Assembly: GCA_964636885.1 (NCBI GenBank)
Contig: CAZWVA010000001.1
Location: 52,228 to 114,862 of the forward strand
Source of the DNA: an uncultured Spirochaetia bacterium
GTDB lineage: Bacteria > Desulfobacterota_D > UBA1144 > Nemesobacterales > CSP1-2
Direction of reading: 5' to 3'
Length of the DNA: 62,635 nucleotides
Positions within the stretch are counted from its first letter, which is position 1; each line of letters begins with the position of its first letter. Below the pieces are notes generated by a model. That model was not told where the DNA came from. It saw nothing but the letters and a program-made list of their open reading frames with translations, and did no database searches. The translations under genes were made by a program, and so were the position numbers. Of this stretch, positions 47,809 to 56,363 are shown piece by piece.

Positions 47809-48414
47809 TTATGCCTCTAAAACCCTAATCGCTGAGTTTGCAACTTCGGCTATGGTTCTACCATAGTCAAGGCCAATGAGACCGCTATTAAAGAAGAGAA
47901 TCGTTCTTGTTATCATTCCTATTACCATCGCCGCTCCCAGGTTCTCATCTATCTTTCTGAAATCTCCTTTTTCGATTCCAAGGCGTATTACTTCCACAAA
48001 GATATCTTTGGGTTTCGGCTTCTCTTCTGGAATCCTTCCCAGCTCTGTAAGGTGTGCTTCCATTATGTATGAGTATGCCTTAGGCTGGTTCTTTGCAAAA
48101 TCAAAAAAGTTTTGAATTAGAACCCTTAGCTTCTCCTTTGGATCGGTGTAGTTGCTTGTGTTTTCTACTAGTTTTTCTCTAAACGTGTCCATATTGCTGA
48201 TAAAAAGCTTAAGGGCAAGGTCATCTTTGCTTTTAAAGTGTTTGTATATGGTTCCCTCTGCTATACCGGCTTTTCTTGCTATCTCCCTCGTTGTAGTGCC
48301 TTTTATCCCCTTCTTTATGAACAGGCTAAGGGCGATATTAAGTATCCTATTCTTTGAATCCAAGAGGCTTCTCTTCTTTCTAATGGCTCTTCTGGCAAGT
48401 GAGTGATTACCCAT
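47809..48414 (-). CDS. TetR/AcrR family regulator (alternative TTG start at 48363)
   Basis: ILNIALSLFIKKGIKGTTTREIARKAGIAEGTIYKHFKSKDDL HTH. Confidence 0.9.
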   Translation of the reverse strand: MGNHSLARRAIRKKRSLLDSKNRILNIALSLFIKKGIKGTTTREIARKAGIAEGTIYKHFKSKDDLALKLFISNMDTFREKLVENTSNYTDPKEKLRVLIQNFFDFAKNQPKAYSYIMEAHLTELGRIPEEKPKPKDIFVEVIRLGIEKGDFRKIDENLGAAMVIGMITRTILFFNSGLIGLDYGRTIAEVANSAIRVLEA

Positions 48415-48432
48415 TCTTAATCGTTGACGAAT

Positions 48433-48448
48433 CGCAACCAGTGTGCCA
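48433..48448 (-). promoter_or_regulatory. sigma54 promoter of the TetR gene
   Basis: TGGCAC-ACTGG-TTGCG. Confidence 0.75.
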
Positions 48449-48491
48449 GTTGGAAGGCTCGGCGATTATTGGATTTTGATATTAAGTGTGA

Positions 48492-48515
48492 TGTAAGATG
48501 TCAGGGAATCAGACG
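48492..48515. promoter_or_regulatory. Upstream activator-like palindrome, site 4 (degenerate)
   Basis: TGTAAGA then TGTCAGGGAATCAGACG. Confidence 0.6.
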
Positions 48516-48605
48516 GAATAATATTAAGTGTTTGCAACGACTGCCCTCTTGGGGGTACTGTTTTTTTGATAGAATTGGGGTTAATACCATTAGGAGGGTA
48601 TAGCT

Positions 48606-48888
48606 ATGAAAAAGGGCGTTATAGAGATCTCATTCATTCTAATATTGTCCGTTGTGTTTCTCGGAGTCTTCTAGGTTGCTAAACCCGGAAATCCAGAGAC
48701 CCCTAGGGATGAAAAAAGCCCTGCTGCTCCCGTTGCAAATGTCACCATTGTCCTATACGGACCGGTATTGCTGAGGGACGCCTCGTATTTATCGGTGAGG
48801 GGGGAGGCATTGATGGAAAGGTAAATCCGGATTTAAAGGTAAAGCTCGGGGATGTGGTTCAAGTGATCCTCATCAATGGTGAGGGATG
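48606..48888 (+). pseudogene. nirK: 5' remnant of a copper nitrite reductase with N-terminal cupredoxin domain
   Basis: RBS and ATG at 48606, signal peptide, TAG at 48672, 2-nt frameshift near 48755, then RTGIAEGRLVFIGEGGGIDGKVNPDLKVKLGDVVQVILINGEG, cut off at ~48888. Confidence 0.7.
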
Positions 48889-49982
48889 TTTGGGTTTTTT
48901 ATTGGCTTAGCCTCTCTCCTGCTCAAATATACGGTATTTCCGAGAAAGAGAAGAATGGCAATGGCGTTAAGTAGACCTCCCCACTTGCGTCCTAATGGCC
49001 ACTCTAGTAGATCCCCCGTTATCCGAAGGATCAAAGAGATGTGGAGTAGAGCGAGGTGTGCATAAAAGGGTAGATGAAGGGTTAAAAATCTCGGTAAACC
49101 CAGAACTGCCGGAAATATAACGGGTGCGTGTGCGAATATCATCGAAAATACAAACCCGATAAAGATCGAATGTAATATGGCATCGTAGTAAAACCCCGAT
49201 GTCATGCCTCCAAGGAAAACCTCCAACAGCCCACCTAATCCGAGCCACACGTAACCTATGATTAGGCTCAGGGCTATAAATCGGCTTAACCCTTCTTGGT
49301 TCACGGTACGTCGCGCGATATCAAAGCGTAAGAGCCATAGGGCCAAGGCGACCATTCCTATACCCGTAACCTGCACTCCAGCGCTAAAGGCTCTAGTTAC
49401 CAGGATGACACCGAGTATAAAGAGAGAGGCGGCAAGGATAAAAGCCGCTTTACCCCTATTGGATATTTGAAGCATACGGCTGATCTCCAGTCTCTCTCCG
49501 GAGATGGTTAATACCAAGAATCCGATCCACCATATAGCGACCTTATAGAAAGGGAACCCCAAGAGCCAAAGCCCGTTTCCTATGAGCCAGAAGGAGGCCC
49601 CGATCGTGATGACAACCGAGTAAAGGGTAAGGTGGTTATAAAAGATAACCGCTAGAAGGAATACCAAGCCGGCGCTACTTAGGGTCATAAGGGTTATTCC
49701 AAATGGGTCGGGTGTACCCGCTACTAATGCCAGAGCGCCCACTCCACTTAGAAGGGGAACCGCATACGCCCATCTGAGGTTTGAGGCCACCGCCCGCTCA
49801 AGACCTATAAGGGTTCCTAAGAAGCCAGAGACCATAAGGGGGCCGTGGAAAGAAGGTAAGCTTAGCCTGAATAAAGGCAACTCCAATCCGAGGCGAAAAA
49901 GCCCCATCCAGAGCCCGATGAGAAGGGCAAAGCCTCCGAGGACCATTATGAGTAGGCGAAACCCTATTTTCTTCTCCTCCAT
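48873..49982 (-). CDS. NnrS-like polytopic membrane protein
   Basis: HGPLMVSGFLGTLIGLERA, LTISGERLE, YDAILHSIFIGFVFSMIFAHAP. Confidence 0.65.
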   Translation of the reverse strand: MEEKKIGFRLLIMVLGGFALLIGLWMGLFRLGLELPLFRLSLPSFHGPLMVSGFLGTLIGLERAVASNLRWAYAVPLLSGVGALALVAGTPDPFGITLMTLSSAGLVFLLAVIFYNHLTLYSVVITIGASFWLIGNGLWLLGFPFYKVAIWWIGFLVLTISGERLEISRMLQISNRGKAAFILAASLFILGVILVTRAFSAGVQVTGIGMVALALWLLRFDIARRTVNQEGLSRFIALSLIIGYVWLGLGGLLEVFLGGMTSGFYYDAILHSIFIGFVFSMIFAHAPVIFPAVLGLPRFLTLHLPFYAHLALLHISLILRITGDLLEWPLGRKWGGLLNAIAILLFLGNTVYLSRREAKPIKNPNIPHH

Positions 49983-50329
49983 ACGGGTCTTGTGTCGTTG
50001 GGTTCTCTCGATTTAATGAGAAGAAGAAGCATTAGGAGAGGGGTCTTGGCCTGTACGGCGTGTCTAAGTCCGGGAGACATGTTCACCCATGCCCCGGCCT
50101 GGGCCTCTATGGAATCCTCTCCCAGTTTAAGCCGTGCTTCCCCTTTGATTATATGGATGGTGGCCGGCATTAAGGAGGTGTGCTCTGAGAGTTCCTGTCC
50201 CTCATCAAAACCGAAGAGTATGGCCTTTAGATACTCATCGTTATGAAGGGTACGGCTTATAATGCCGTTTTTAGGGATCTCTCCAATCTCTTTGGATAGA
50301 TCTCCAATATAGTTATAGTCATTACCCAT
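49964..50329 (-). CDS. Cupin domain protein
   Basis: FGFDEGQELSEHT...A..HIIKGEA, LRHAVQAK. Confidence 0.85.
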   Translation of the reverse strand: MGNDYNYIGDLSKEIGEIPKNGIISRTLHNDEYLKAILFGFDEGQELSEHTSLMPATIHIIKGEARLKLGEDSIEAQAGAWVNMSPGLRHAVQAKTPLLMLLLLIKSREPNDTRPVWRRRK

Positions 50330-50348
50330 AGTCTACCTCCATAGATCT

Positions 50349-50852
50349 TTAACTAAGCATTACGGCGCAGATGAGTACCATGATCCCTAAGAGGGCGTTT
50401 ATCCTTGCAAGCCATGATACGTATCTTCGGTTCCTCTCTATTCTCAAATTGGAATCGGGGTTTGATGTGCCACTACCATGAAGGGCGATTAACCTGGGAC
50501 CCAGGACGAAATCGTGGATAGCGCTTAAGACAAGCATAATGGAGACGAGGATCGCCTTTACTGTAAGCGTCCTTCCAAAATAGGAAGAGAAGAGCGATCC
50601 ACTTGAGATCATCTCCACGGTGACCCCGCGGTTTAGTGCGTTAAGCACACCGGTTACGAGCAATATGGGTACGGCTATCCAACTCACAGTCCGGAATCTC
50701 CTTGCGATGTTGGAGAGGATCTCTATGCGCTGATGGGGCTCCAGGTTTCTCAAAACCGGGACGATAACGAGAGCTATAAAGAACATTCCCCCCAGCCATA
50801 TGATAGCAGAAAGGATGTGTATGAGGACAATCGAGTTATGAAAAAGGTTCAT
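50349..50852 (-). CDS. CopD/DUF4149-like membrane protein (alternative start 50897)
   Basis: HILSAIIWLGGMFF..V.P, HDFVLGP. Confidence 0.75.
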   Translation of the reverse strand: MNLFHNSIVLIHILSAIIWLGGMFFIALVIVPVLRNLEPHQRIEILSNIARRFRTVSWIAVPILLVTGVLNALNRGVTVEMISSGSLFSSYFGRTLTVKAILVSIMLVLSAIHDFVLGPRLIALHGSGTSNPDSNLRIERNRRYVSWLARINALLGIMVLICAVMLS

Positions 50853-50884
50853 GGTGATTCTCGCTCTTAGGTTCTTTCGGCTTT

Positions 50885-51250
50885 TTAAGAAGACCATCTA
50901 TAAGTAACTACGGTAGCGTTATTGTGCTTCTCATCTCTTGCGCTGTAAACCAGTGTGAGATTTCCTCTTTTAGCCATATCAACGAGATTCAAAAGAGCGT
51001 TTCTTTTCCCTTCTTTTCTAAGCTCCTCTATGTACCTCTTTTGGAACTCCTCCCATCGAGAGGGGTCGTGAGAAAACCACCTTCTAAGCTCTCTACTAGG
51101 GGCGACCTCCTTCAACCAAAGGTCGATCTTAACCTCCTCCTTCTTTAAACCCCTCGGCCACAACCCATCGATAAGGACACGTATCCTGTCCTCTTTCTCC
51201 GCTTTATCGTAAACCCTCTTTGTTTTAACCATTTGCGGTTTCTCCCTCAA
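50885..51250 (-). CDS. DUF488 (YeaO-like) protein
   Basis: KRVY, RVLIDGLWPRG..KE, WLKEVAPS.ELRRWF.HDP, LTLVYSARDEKHNNA. Confidence 0.88.
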   Translation of the reverse strand: MREKPQMVKTKRVYDKAEKEDRIRVLIDGLWPRGLKKEEVKIDLWLKEVAPSRELRRWFSHDPSRWEEFQKRYIEELRKEGKRNALLNLVDMAKRGNLTLVYSARDEKHNNATVVTYRWSS

Positions 51251-51265
51251 TCGAGTAGGGTTCGG

Positions 51266-51631
51266 TTACCGTCCTCTCTTCTCCTTTATATAAAGCCTTA
51301 GATTCAGAACATCCGTTAGGACGGATAAGGTCACCGCTATGGTGGTGACTATTACATGTGTCTTAGTATCCCCGCCTTTTCCTTCTATGTTCATAAGGCC
51401 ACTCCAAAAGGCACCGACTAGGAATAGAACCGAGACGAAGTTCATTTGAGATGCCGATGCGTTTAATACATGGCATAAAACCGAAACGGCAATGGCAGTG
51501 ATTCCAACCCCTATGTGTGAATCGCTAGGGAGTAATCCTAGGTAGACCGTGGCTCCAGAAAAGAGACCGCCCAAGAGAGTTATAATCGATATTAAACTCA
51601 AGACCGATAACCACAATCCTTTGTTGCCCAT
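51266..51631 (-). CDS. Hypothetical membrane protein
   Basis: Four short hydrophobic segments with His residues; no family recognised. Confidence 0.5.
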   Translation of the reverse strand: MGNKGLWLSVLSLISIITLLGGLFSGATVYLGLLPSDSHIGVGITAIAVSVLCHVLNASASQMNFVSVLFLVGAFWSGLMNIEGKGGDTKTHVIVTTIAVTLSVLTDVLNLRLYIKEKRGR

Positions 51632-51670
51632 CGTTAATGGCTTTTTGGAGTACCCGATTTTGTACTTTTC

Positions 51671-52099
51671 CTACGTTTGTTTTCCCACGGGTCGCACCCG
51701 TGACCACATATTATACACAAAGAGAAACCCCGCTACTGCCTGCGACAGGGCACCTAAGACGACCAACAAATCAAATACCCTTGAATCGGTGTAAGAAGTG
51801 ATAACCTCACAGATAAAGCGGGTTGTTGTTCCTAATGTGAGAAACCAATAGATCCCTTCCGCCAGTCTGGGGCTGTAATCGGTTTCTTCCCTTGGGCGGG
51901 GGAACATCCAGATAGATACACCCATTATGAGGGACATCAAAAAACCAAAGAGCAGTATATGGACATGTGCGGTGATAAACTGGGGATGGGGCCAGCTACC
52001 CAGGATGTGTTTTCTCACGATCATATATAGGCCAAGGAGCAGGCCAACCATGAAGAAGATGAAACCCGTCTTTATGTACCGCCTTGCTAGTTCGGGCAT
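51671..52099 (-). CDS. Small heme-copper-oxidase-subunit-I-like / NnrS-related membrane protein
   Basis: AHVHILLFGF....IMGV..WMFPR, four TMs. Confidence 0.65.
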   Translation of the reverse strand: MPELARRYIKTGFIFFMVGLLLGLYMIVRKHILGSWPHPQFITAHVHILLFGFLMSLIMGVSIWMFPRPREETDYSPRLAEGIYWFLTLGTTTRFICEVITSYTDSRVFDLLVVLGALSQAVAGFLFVYNMWSRVRPVGKQT

Positions 52100-52156
52100 T
52101 TATGGCCTTATGTGTTCTCGGTCTATTGGATTCCTTCAATTATACCCAATATTAAA

Positions 52157-52186
52157 ATGGGCATGACCCATGGTGGCCATGCCCAT
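52157..52186 (-). terminator. Intrinsic terminator downstream of the beta-barrel gene
   Basis: ATGGGCATG/CATGCCCAT stem followed by TTTT on the minus strand. Confidence 0.65.
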
Positions 52187-52225
52187 CATTACTGATACAA
52201 GAGAGGAAAGGTTTTATAGGCTGGT

Positions 52226-52888
52226 CTAGAACCTGAATCCGAGCCTTCCGCCAAAGGTGCCATAGGCACCATTATCCCTGTTAACCCAGTTGAAACGGCC
52301 TTCGGCTCCGACAAAGATCCTTTCGGTGATGTTAAAGTCTACTCCTCCACCCACATGCAACCCTAGTTCTACATTTCCCTGCCCGGATGGGAAACCTCTA
52401 TCCTTGAGTGGATCGGGTTGAGGGGCTATACCACCCGGAAGATCCCCTGGGTCTGTGTCGTTTAGGAATATGTCGATTCCAGGGCCAGCTAGTACAAATG
52501 GTTGGACTATGTGTGAGGCAAGGAGTTTGTATTTTAATCCGAGGAGTATCGTAACCGTGGTTAGATCGACACTTGTCTGTACGGGAAGTGCTCCGGGTAC
52601 CAGGGCATTAACGGTTGGCTCAACCGTAAAGTTATCATCCGTTTTTGCCAGTCCGATGTTTACGAGTCCGAGAAGCCTCCCCGGACCTAATTCGAGAAGC
52701 GGAAGCCCAATCTCACCAGCTAAATACCAACCCAAATCCGTTTTAAAAGGCCCCGCCTGTGCACCAATGGTTAAGGCAAACTCCCCTCCCATAGGTTCCT
52801 TCTCCTCGGCATGCGTGACCCAGGTTGTGAGATAAAGGGTTAGGCAGATAACGACAGCGGTCATACTACCCAGGTATGTCCTTCTCAT
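52226..52888 (-). CDS. Small outer-membrane beta-barrel protein (OmpA/OmpW-like)
   Basis: Signal peptide, alternating beta strands, GLHVGGGVDF, terminal GFRF. Confidence 0.75.
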   Translation of the reverse strand: MRRTYLGSMTAVVICLTLYLTTWVTHAEEKEPMGGEFALTIGAQAGPFKTDLGWYLAGEIGLPLLELGPGRLLGLVNIGLAKTDDNFTVEPTVNALVPGALPVQTSVDLTTVTILLGLKYKLLASHIVQPFVLAGPGIDIFLNDTDPGDLPGGIAPQPDPLKDRGFPSGQGNVELGLHVGGGVDFNITERIFVGAEGRFNWVNRDNGAYGTFGGRLGFRF

Positions 52889-52930
52889 ATCGATGATCCC
52901 TCCTTTGAGATTATTTTGGGTAGAACGGAT

Positions 52931-52946
52931 TACAATTCGTATGCCA
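52931..52946 (-). promoter_or_regulatory. sigma54-like promoter of the beta-barrel gene (variant -12)
   Basis: TGGCAT-ACGAA-TTGTA. Confidence 0.55.
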
Positions 52947-52999
52947 TGTAAGAAATCAAGTAATCATAAATAGTTGTGAGAAACTATAAGATCGAAAAC

Positions 53000-53023
53000 C
53001 GTCTTATACTCTGACATCTGACA
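53000..53023. promoter_or_regulatory. Upstream activator-like palindrome, site 5
   Basis: CGTCTTATACTCTGACA followed by TCTGACA. Confidence 0.6.
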
Positions 53024-53295
53024 GAGGGTCATGATGGGTCCCACCCCCCTCTTGTATTTTTACGGGTTCTTAAATTCCGTTCGGTTTTTTATCAGGACAC
53101 AAACCTCAAAAAGCGGCCCCAGTTCTTAGGGTCTTCTGGTTATATTTGAAACACGTTGCTTACATTTGAAACAGAATAGTTTCTATAAAAGATCTGCTCT
53201 ATGAGGAGTGGTGGGTTGAGAAAAAGTGAATAGTCTGCTATTCTTTCTTGTTCTTTCCACAATTTCTAAGGGAATTCGGGAAGATACCGTGATTT

Positions 53296-53311
53296 TGGCA
53301 TAAACCTTGCA
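53296..53311 (+). promoter_or_regulatory. sigma54 promoter of the siroheme reductase
   Basis: TGGCAT-AAACC-TTGCA. Confidence 0.8.
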
Positions 53312-53339
53312 AACTCTGAAGATACAAGGAGGGGTGGCT

Positions 53340-55565
53340 ATGAGTGTAAATGAGGTAAAGATATGGGAGCAAATAGACATAAACAAGGGCTCCGATGTGA
53401 CGAGCGAACTCAACGAGTACGAGGAGATCATAAATAAACTCTACAGGGGTGAGATACATCCTGAAAGGTTTAAATCATACCGTCTTCTTTTTGGAACATA
53501 TGGGGTAAGACACCAGGGCGAGGGGATTCATATGCAGAGGATAAAGGTGCCGAGTGGGTTTATAACCTCTGAGCAACTCCGCACGATAGCGGATGTCGTT
53601 GAGAAATACGCCGGGTCAGGGCATGGGCATCTCACAACGAGGCAGGATATTCAGCTTCACTTTGTGAGACTCGAAAACGTGCCCTCCCTTTTAAGGGAGC
53701 TTGCAAGGGTTGGGATAACGACTCGAGAGGCATGCGGAAACACCGTGAGGAATGTGACTTCATCTTACCTATCAGGGATCTGTCCCGACGAGGTTTTTGA
53801 TACCTTGCCCTACGCCTTATACACAACGAGGTATTTCCTGAGACATACCCTAACATCGACCCTTCCAAGAAAATTCAAGATAGCGTTTTCGGAATGTGAA
53901 AACGACCATGCAATGGTGAGGATCCACGATATAGGGTGTGTTGCTCAAAAGAGACAGAACGGAAAAGATATATACGGTTTTAAGGTCTATGTCGGTGGTG
54001 GTCTGGGTGCTATTCCTTTTTACGCAAAACCTATAGTCGATTTTGTGTCTGTTGATGAGTTCTATCCGCTTGCAGAGGCGATAATCAGGATATTTCACGA
54101 ACACGGAACGGAGGAGAGGAAAAACAAAAACAAGGCGAGAATCAAATTCCTTATAGCGAGAATCGGTTTTGATAGATTCAGGGAGCTCGTTATGGCGGAG
54201 TTTGAACGGGTCAAAAGACTAAAACCCGTAAAGGAGGACCTCGAAAGATACGTGGAGGGTTTCCCGAAACCAGCTCCCGGTAGGAACGGCAGGGAGGACG
54301 GCGGGGAGAATACGAGGCGACTCAAGAATCCGGTTCATAAACCGGACCCCAAGGACGATCTCTACAGGCTGTTCCTTCAAAAATACACTTTCAGGCAGAA
54401 GCAAGAGGGATACTTTGGGGTTTATGTAAAGCCGCCCATAGGAAACCTAAAACCCAAGGAGTTTAGGTTTGTTGCAGATCTCTCTGAGCTCTACGGGGCG
54501 GGTTACGTTAGGATAACACCCCATCAGAAGATCCTTTTGCCATGGGTTGGGGAGGAGTTCCTTTATGATGTTCATACAGAACTGAGAGAACGGGGGTTTA
54601 TAGGTGGCATAAATGAGGCCATGCGGGAGATCGTATCCTGTCCGGGTGCCTTTTCATGCAAACTCGCCGTGACCCATCCATACAACCTGGCGGAGTACAT
54701 AGGCGAGAGGGTCAAGGACCTGGGAGGGGTACGTATCAACATATCCGGTTGTCCAAATAGCTGCGGACAGCACCATGTGGGCGATATAGGGTTTTATGGA
54801 GCGTCGACAAAGGTTGGAGGTAGACTCGCGCCCCATTATGTTGTTATGGTAGGTGGTAATCCATTCAAGCAGATGGAGAGATACGGTCAGGTTATAGGCA
54901 AAGTTCCCGCAAAGAACGCACATCTTTTCGTTAAGGCCGTTGTCGATTTCTGGAAGGAGAACAAAAAGGATGGAGAGGAGTTTTTCGAGTTTACCGACAG
55001 GGTCGGTCTTGACTCCTTTAGACGCGTCCTTGCCCCATTTGCGAAGGCCGATCCCAATGACCCTGAGATCTATGCGGAGCCCGGTATAGGCGAGGACTTT
55101 AAGATGGAGGCCGAGGCTAGGGGAGAATGTATGGGAAGCCTTCTCGACATCATGGCGGTAAACCTGTTTGACTCCATAAGGAACGTATATGAGGCCGAAG
55201 ACGATATGAAGGAAGGAAACTGGAAAGAGGTGAAGAGGAAGTGCCTGGATTCGATACCGAAGTGTGCAAGGATGTATATCTACCTTGACGGCATTGAACT
55301 CCAGGAGGAAGAAGAGATACTAAGTGAGTTTGTCACAAAGATAGTGCCCAGGGGCTGGCTTTGCCACGACTGGTCTGATATAAAGGAGAAATACATGGAA
55401 TGGAGGGACGCCGAGGTTTCAAAAGCCCTCGCTGAGGAGATATACAACTACACAAGGGATCTCGTTAAGGATTGTGACAAGGCGTTTGTAAGATTACAGC
55501 CCGACCTTAAGATTCAAGCGTGCATAAAAGGGAGAGGGGAAGAATCGCATATCCCAGGAGAATAG
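53340..55565 (+). CDS. Siroheme/4Fe-4S nitrite/sulfite reductase (NirA/CysI family) with C-terminal helical extension; start ATG at 53340
   Basis: HLTTRQDIQLH, TTREACGNTVRNV, LPRKFKIA, SCPG..SC and NISGCPNSCGQH ligands. Confidence 0.88.
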   Translation: MSVNEVKIWEQIDINKGSDVTSELNEYEEIINKLYRGEIHPERFKSYRLLFGTYGVRHQGEGIHMQRIKVPSGFITSEQLRTIADVVEKYAGSGHGHLTTRQDIQLHFVRLENVPSLLRELARVGITTREACGNTVRNVTSSYLSGICPDEVFDTLPYALYTTRYFLRHTLTSTLPRKFKIAFSECENDHAMVRIHDIGCVAQKRQNGKDIYGFKVYVGGGLGAIPFYAKPIVDFVSVDEFYPLAEAIIRIFHEHGTEERKNKNKARIKFLIARIGFDRFRELVMAEFERVKRLKPVKEDLERYVEGFPKPAPGRNGREDGGENTRRLKNPVHKPDPKDDLYRLFLQKYTFRQKQEGYFGVYVKPPIGNLKPKEFRFVADLSELYGAGYVRITPHQKILLPWVGEEFLYDVHTELRERGFIGGINEAMREIVSCPGAFSCKLAVTHPYNLAEYIGERVKDLGGVRINISGCPNSCGQHHVGDIGFYGASTKVGGRLAPHYVVMVGGNPFKQMERYGQVIGKVPAKNAHLFVKAVVDFWKENKKDGEEFFEFTDRVGLDSFRRVLAPFAKADPNDPEIYAEPGIGEDFKMEAEARGECMGSLLDIMAVNLFDSIRNVYEAEDDMKEGNWKEVKRKCLDSIPKCARMYIYLDGIELQEEEEILSEFVTKIVPRGWLCHDWSDIKEKYMEWRDAEVSKALAEEIYNYTRDLVKDCDKAFVRLQPDLKIQACIKGRGEESHIPGE

Positions 55566-55625
55566 TCGGGTTCTTCTCTACGCTTATGAGATGACCTCTA
55601 GTAGGAATCTCTAGGCCAGGCTCTT

Positions 55626-55859
55626 TTAGGTTTCATCTATCTTCCTTTGCCTTAGAAGGGATCTTAGAGAAAGCCTTAGAAGGAGTAATAGAATTGGAGG
55701 GCGAAGAAACATCTTGATAAGGCGCCAAAGGTCGCTTGAGCCCAGGTAGATGACAGACTCCCATACCCCTATCTGCGCCTTTAAGGTAACGGAGTCCCCT
55801 TCTACACTCGCATCCTTTACCATCACCTCAAAGTCACCGGAGGGACTAGAAACCTTCAA
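55626..55859 (-). CDS. Hypothetical protein
   Basis: Short ORF downstream of the ferredoxin; no family recognised. Confidence 0.5.
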   Translation of the reverse strand: MKVSSPSGDFEVMVKDASVEGDSVTLKAQIGVWESVIYLGSSDLWRLIKMFLRPPILLLLLRLSLRSLLRQRKIDET

Positions 55860-55878
55860 TGTAGTGTCCTCAAACCGT

Positions 55879-56100
55879 TCACACTAAGATGGTTCGCCAT
55901 TTCCCCACCTTCTCGTCCCCACTCGCTTCTATCCATTGCATACGAATGCATCCTACAGGACAGGGTTCAATACAATGCTCTTTGCTTCCACATCTATCCG
56001 GTTGGATTAGGACTGCCACACCATTAACCATCTCAAGGCATTTGGGACCACAGGCCTCCACGCATATACACAGTAATCCGTATCCACGACAGGTATCCAT
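55879..56100 (-). CDS. 4Fe-4S ferredoxin-like protein with atypical Cys motifs
   Basis: CRGYGLLCICVEACGP and CGSKEHCIEPCP. Confidence 0.65.
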   Translation of the reverse strand: MDTCRGYGLLCICVEACGPKCLEMVNGVAVLIQPDRCGSKEHCIEPCPVGCIRMQWIEASGDEKVGKWRTILV

Positions 56101-56136
56101 TTTTTAGCGAAACCCTTTTCATCTTTAAGAAGGCTA

Positions 56137-56152
56137 AGCAATTTGCGTACCA
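56137..56152 (-). promoter_or_regulatory. sigma54 promoter of the ferredoxin gene
   Basis: TGGTAC-GCAAA-TTGCT. Confidence 0.75.
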
Positions 56153-56202
56153 GGGATTTCACAGGATTTCGCTAGTATTTTGGGATTGATCCGTTGTAGA
56201 GA

Positions 56203-56226
56203 TGTCAGATGTCTTATTTTCTTACA
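56203..56226. promoter_or_regulatory. Upstream activator-like palindrome, site 6
   Basis: TGTCAGA then TGTCTTATTTTCTTACA. Confidence 0.7.
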
Positions 56227-56293
56227 GATTTAGGTGGGTACCCACATTTAAGATTCAAATGGTTTTCTATGGCCTTTCAAACGACCGAATCAC

Positions 56294-56309
56294 TGGCATA
56301 TAGTTTGCT
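56294..56309 (+). promoter_or_regulatory. sigma54 promoter of bioB
   Basis: TGGCAT-ATAGT-TTGCT. Confidence 0.8.
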
Positions 56310-56363
56310 TATCTAGGTTCCACCACATAAAACAAATAGCGATGTATAGAGAGGGAGAATAAG

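Noticed and set aside
53307-53339. TTG start for the siroheme reductase given by the ORF track
   Set aside because: Lies inside the -12 element; ATG at 53340 has a strong AGGAGG RBS
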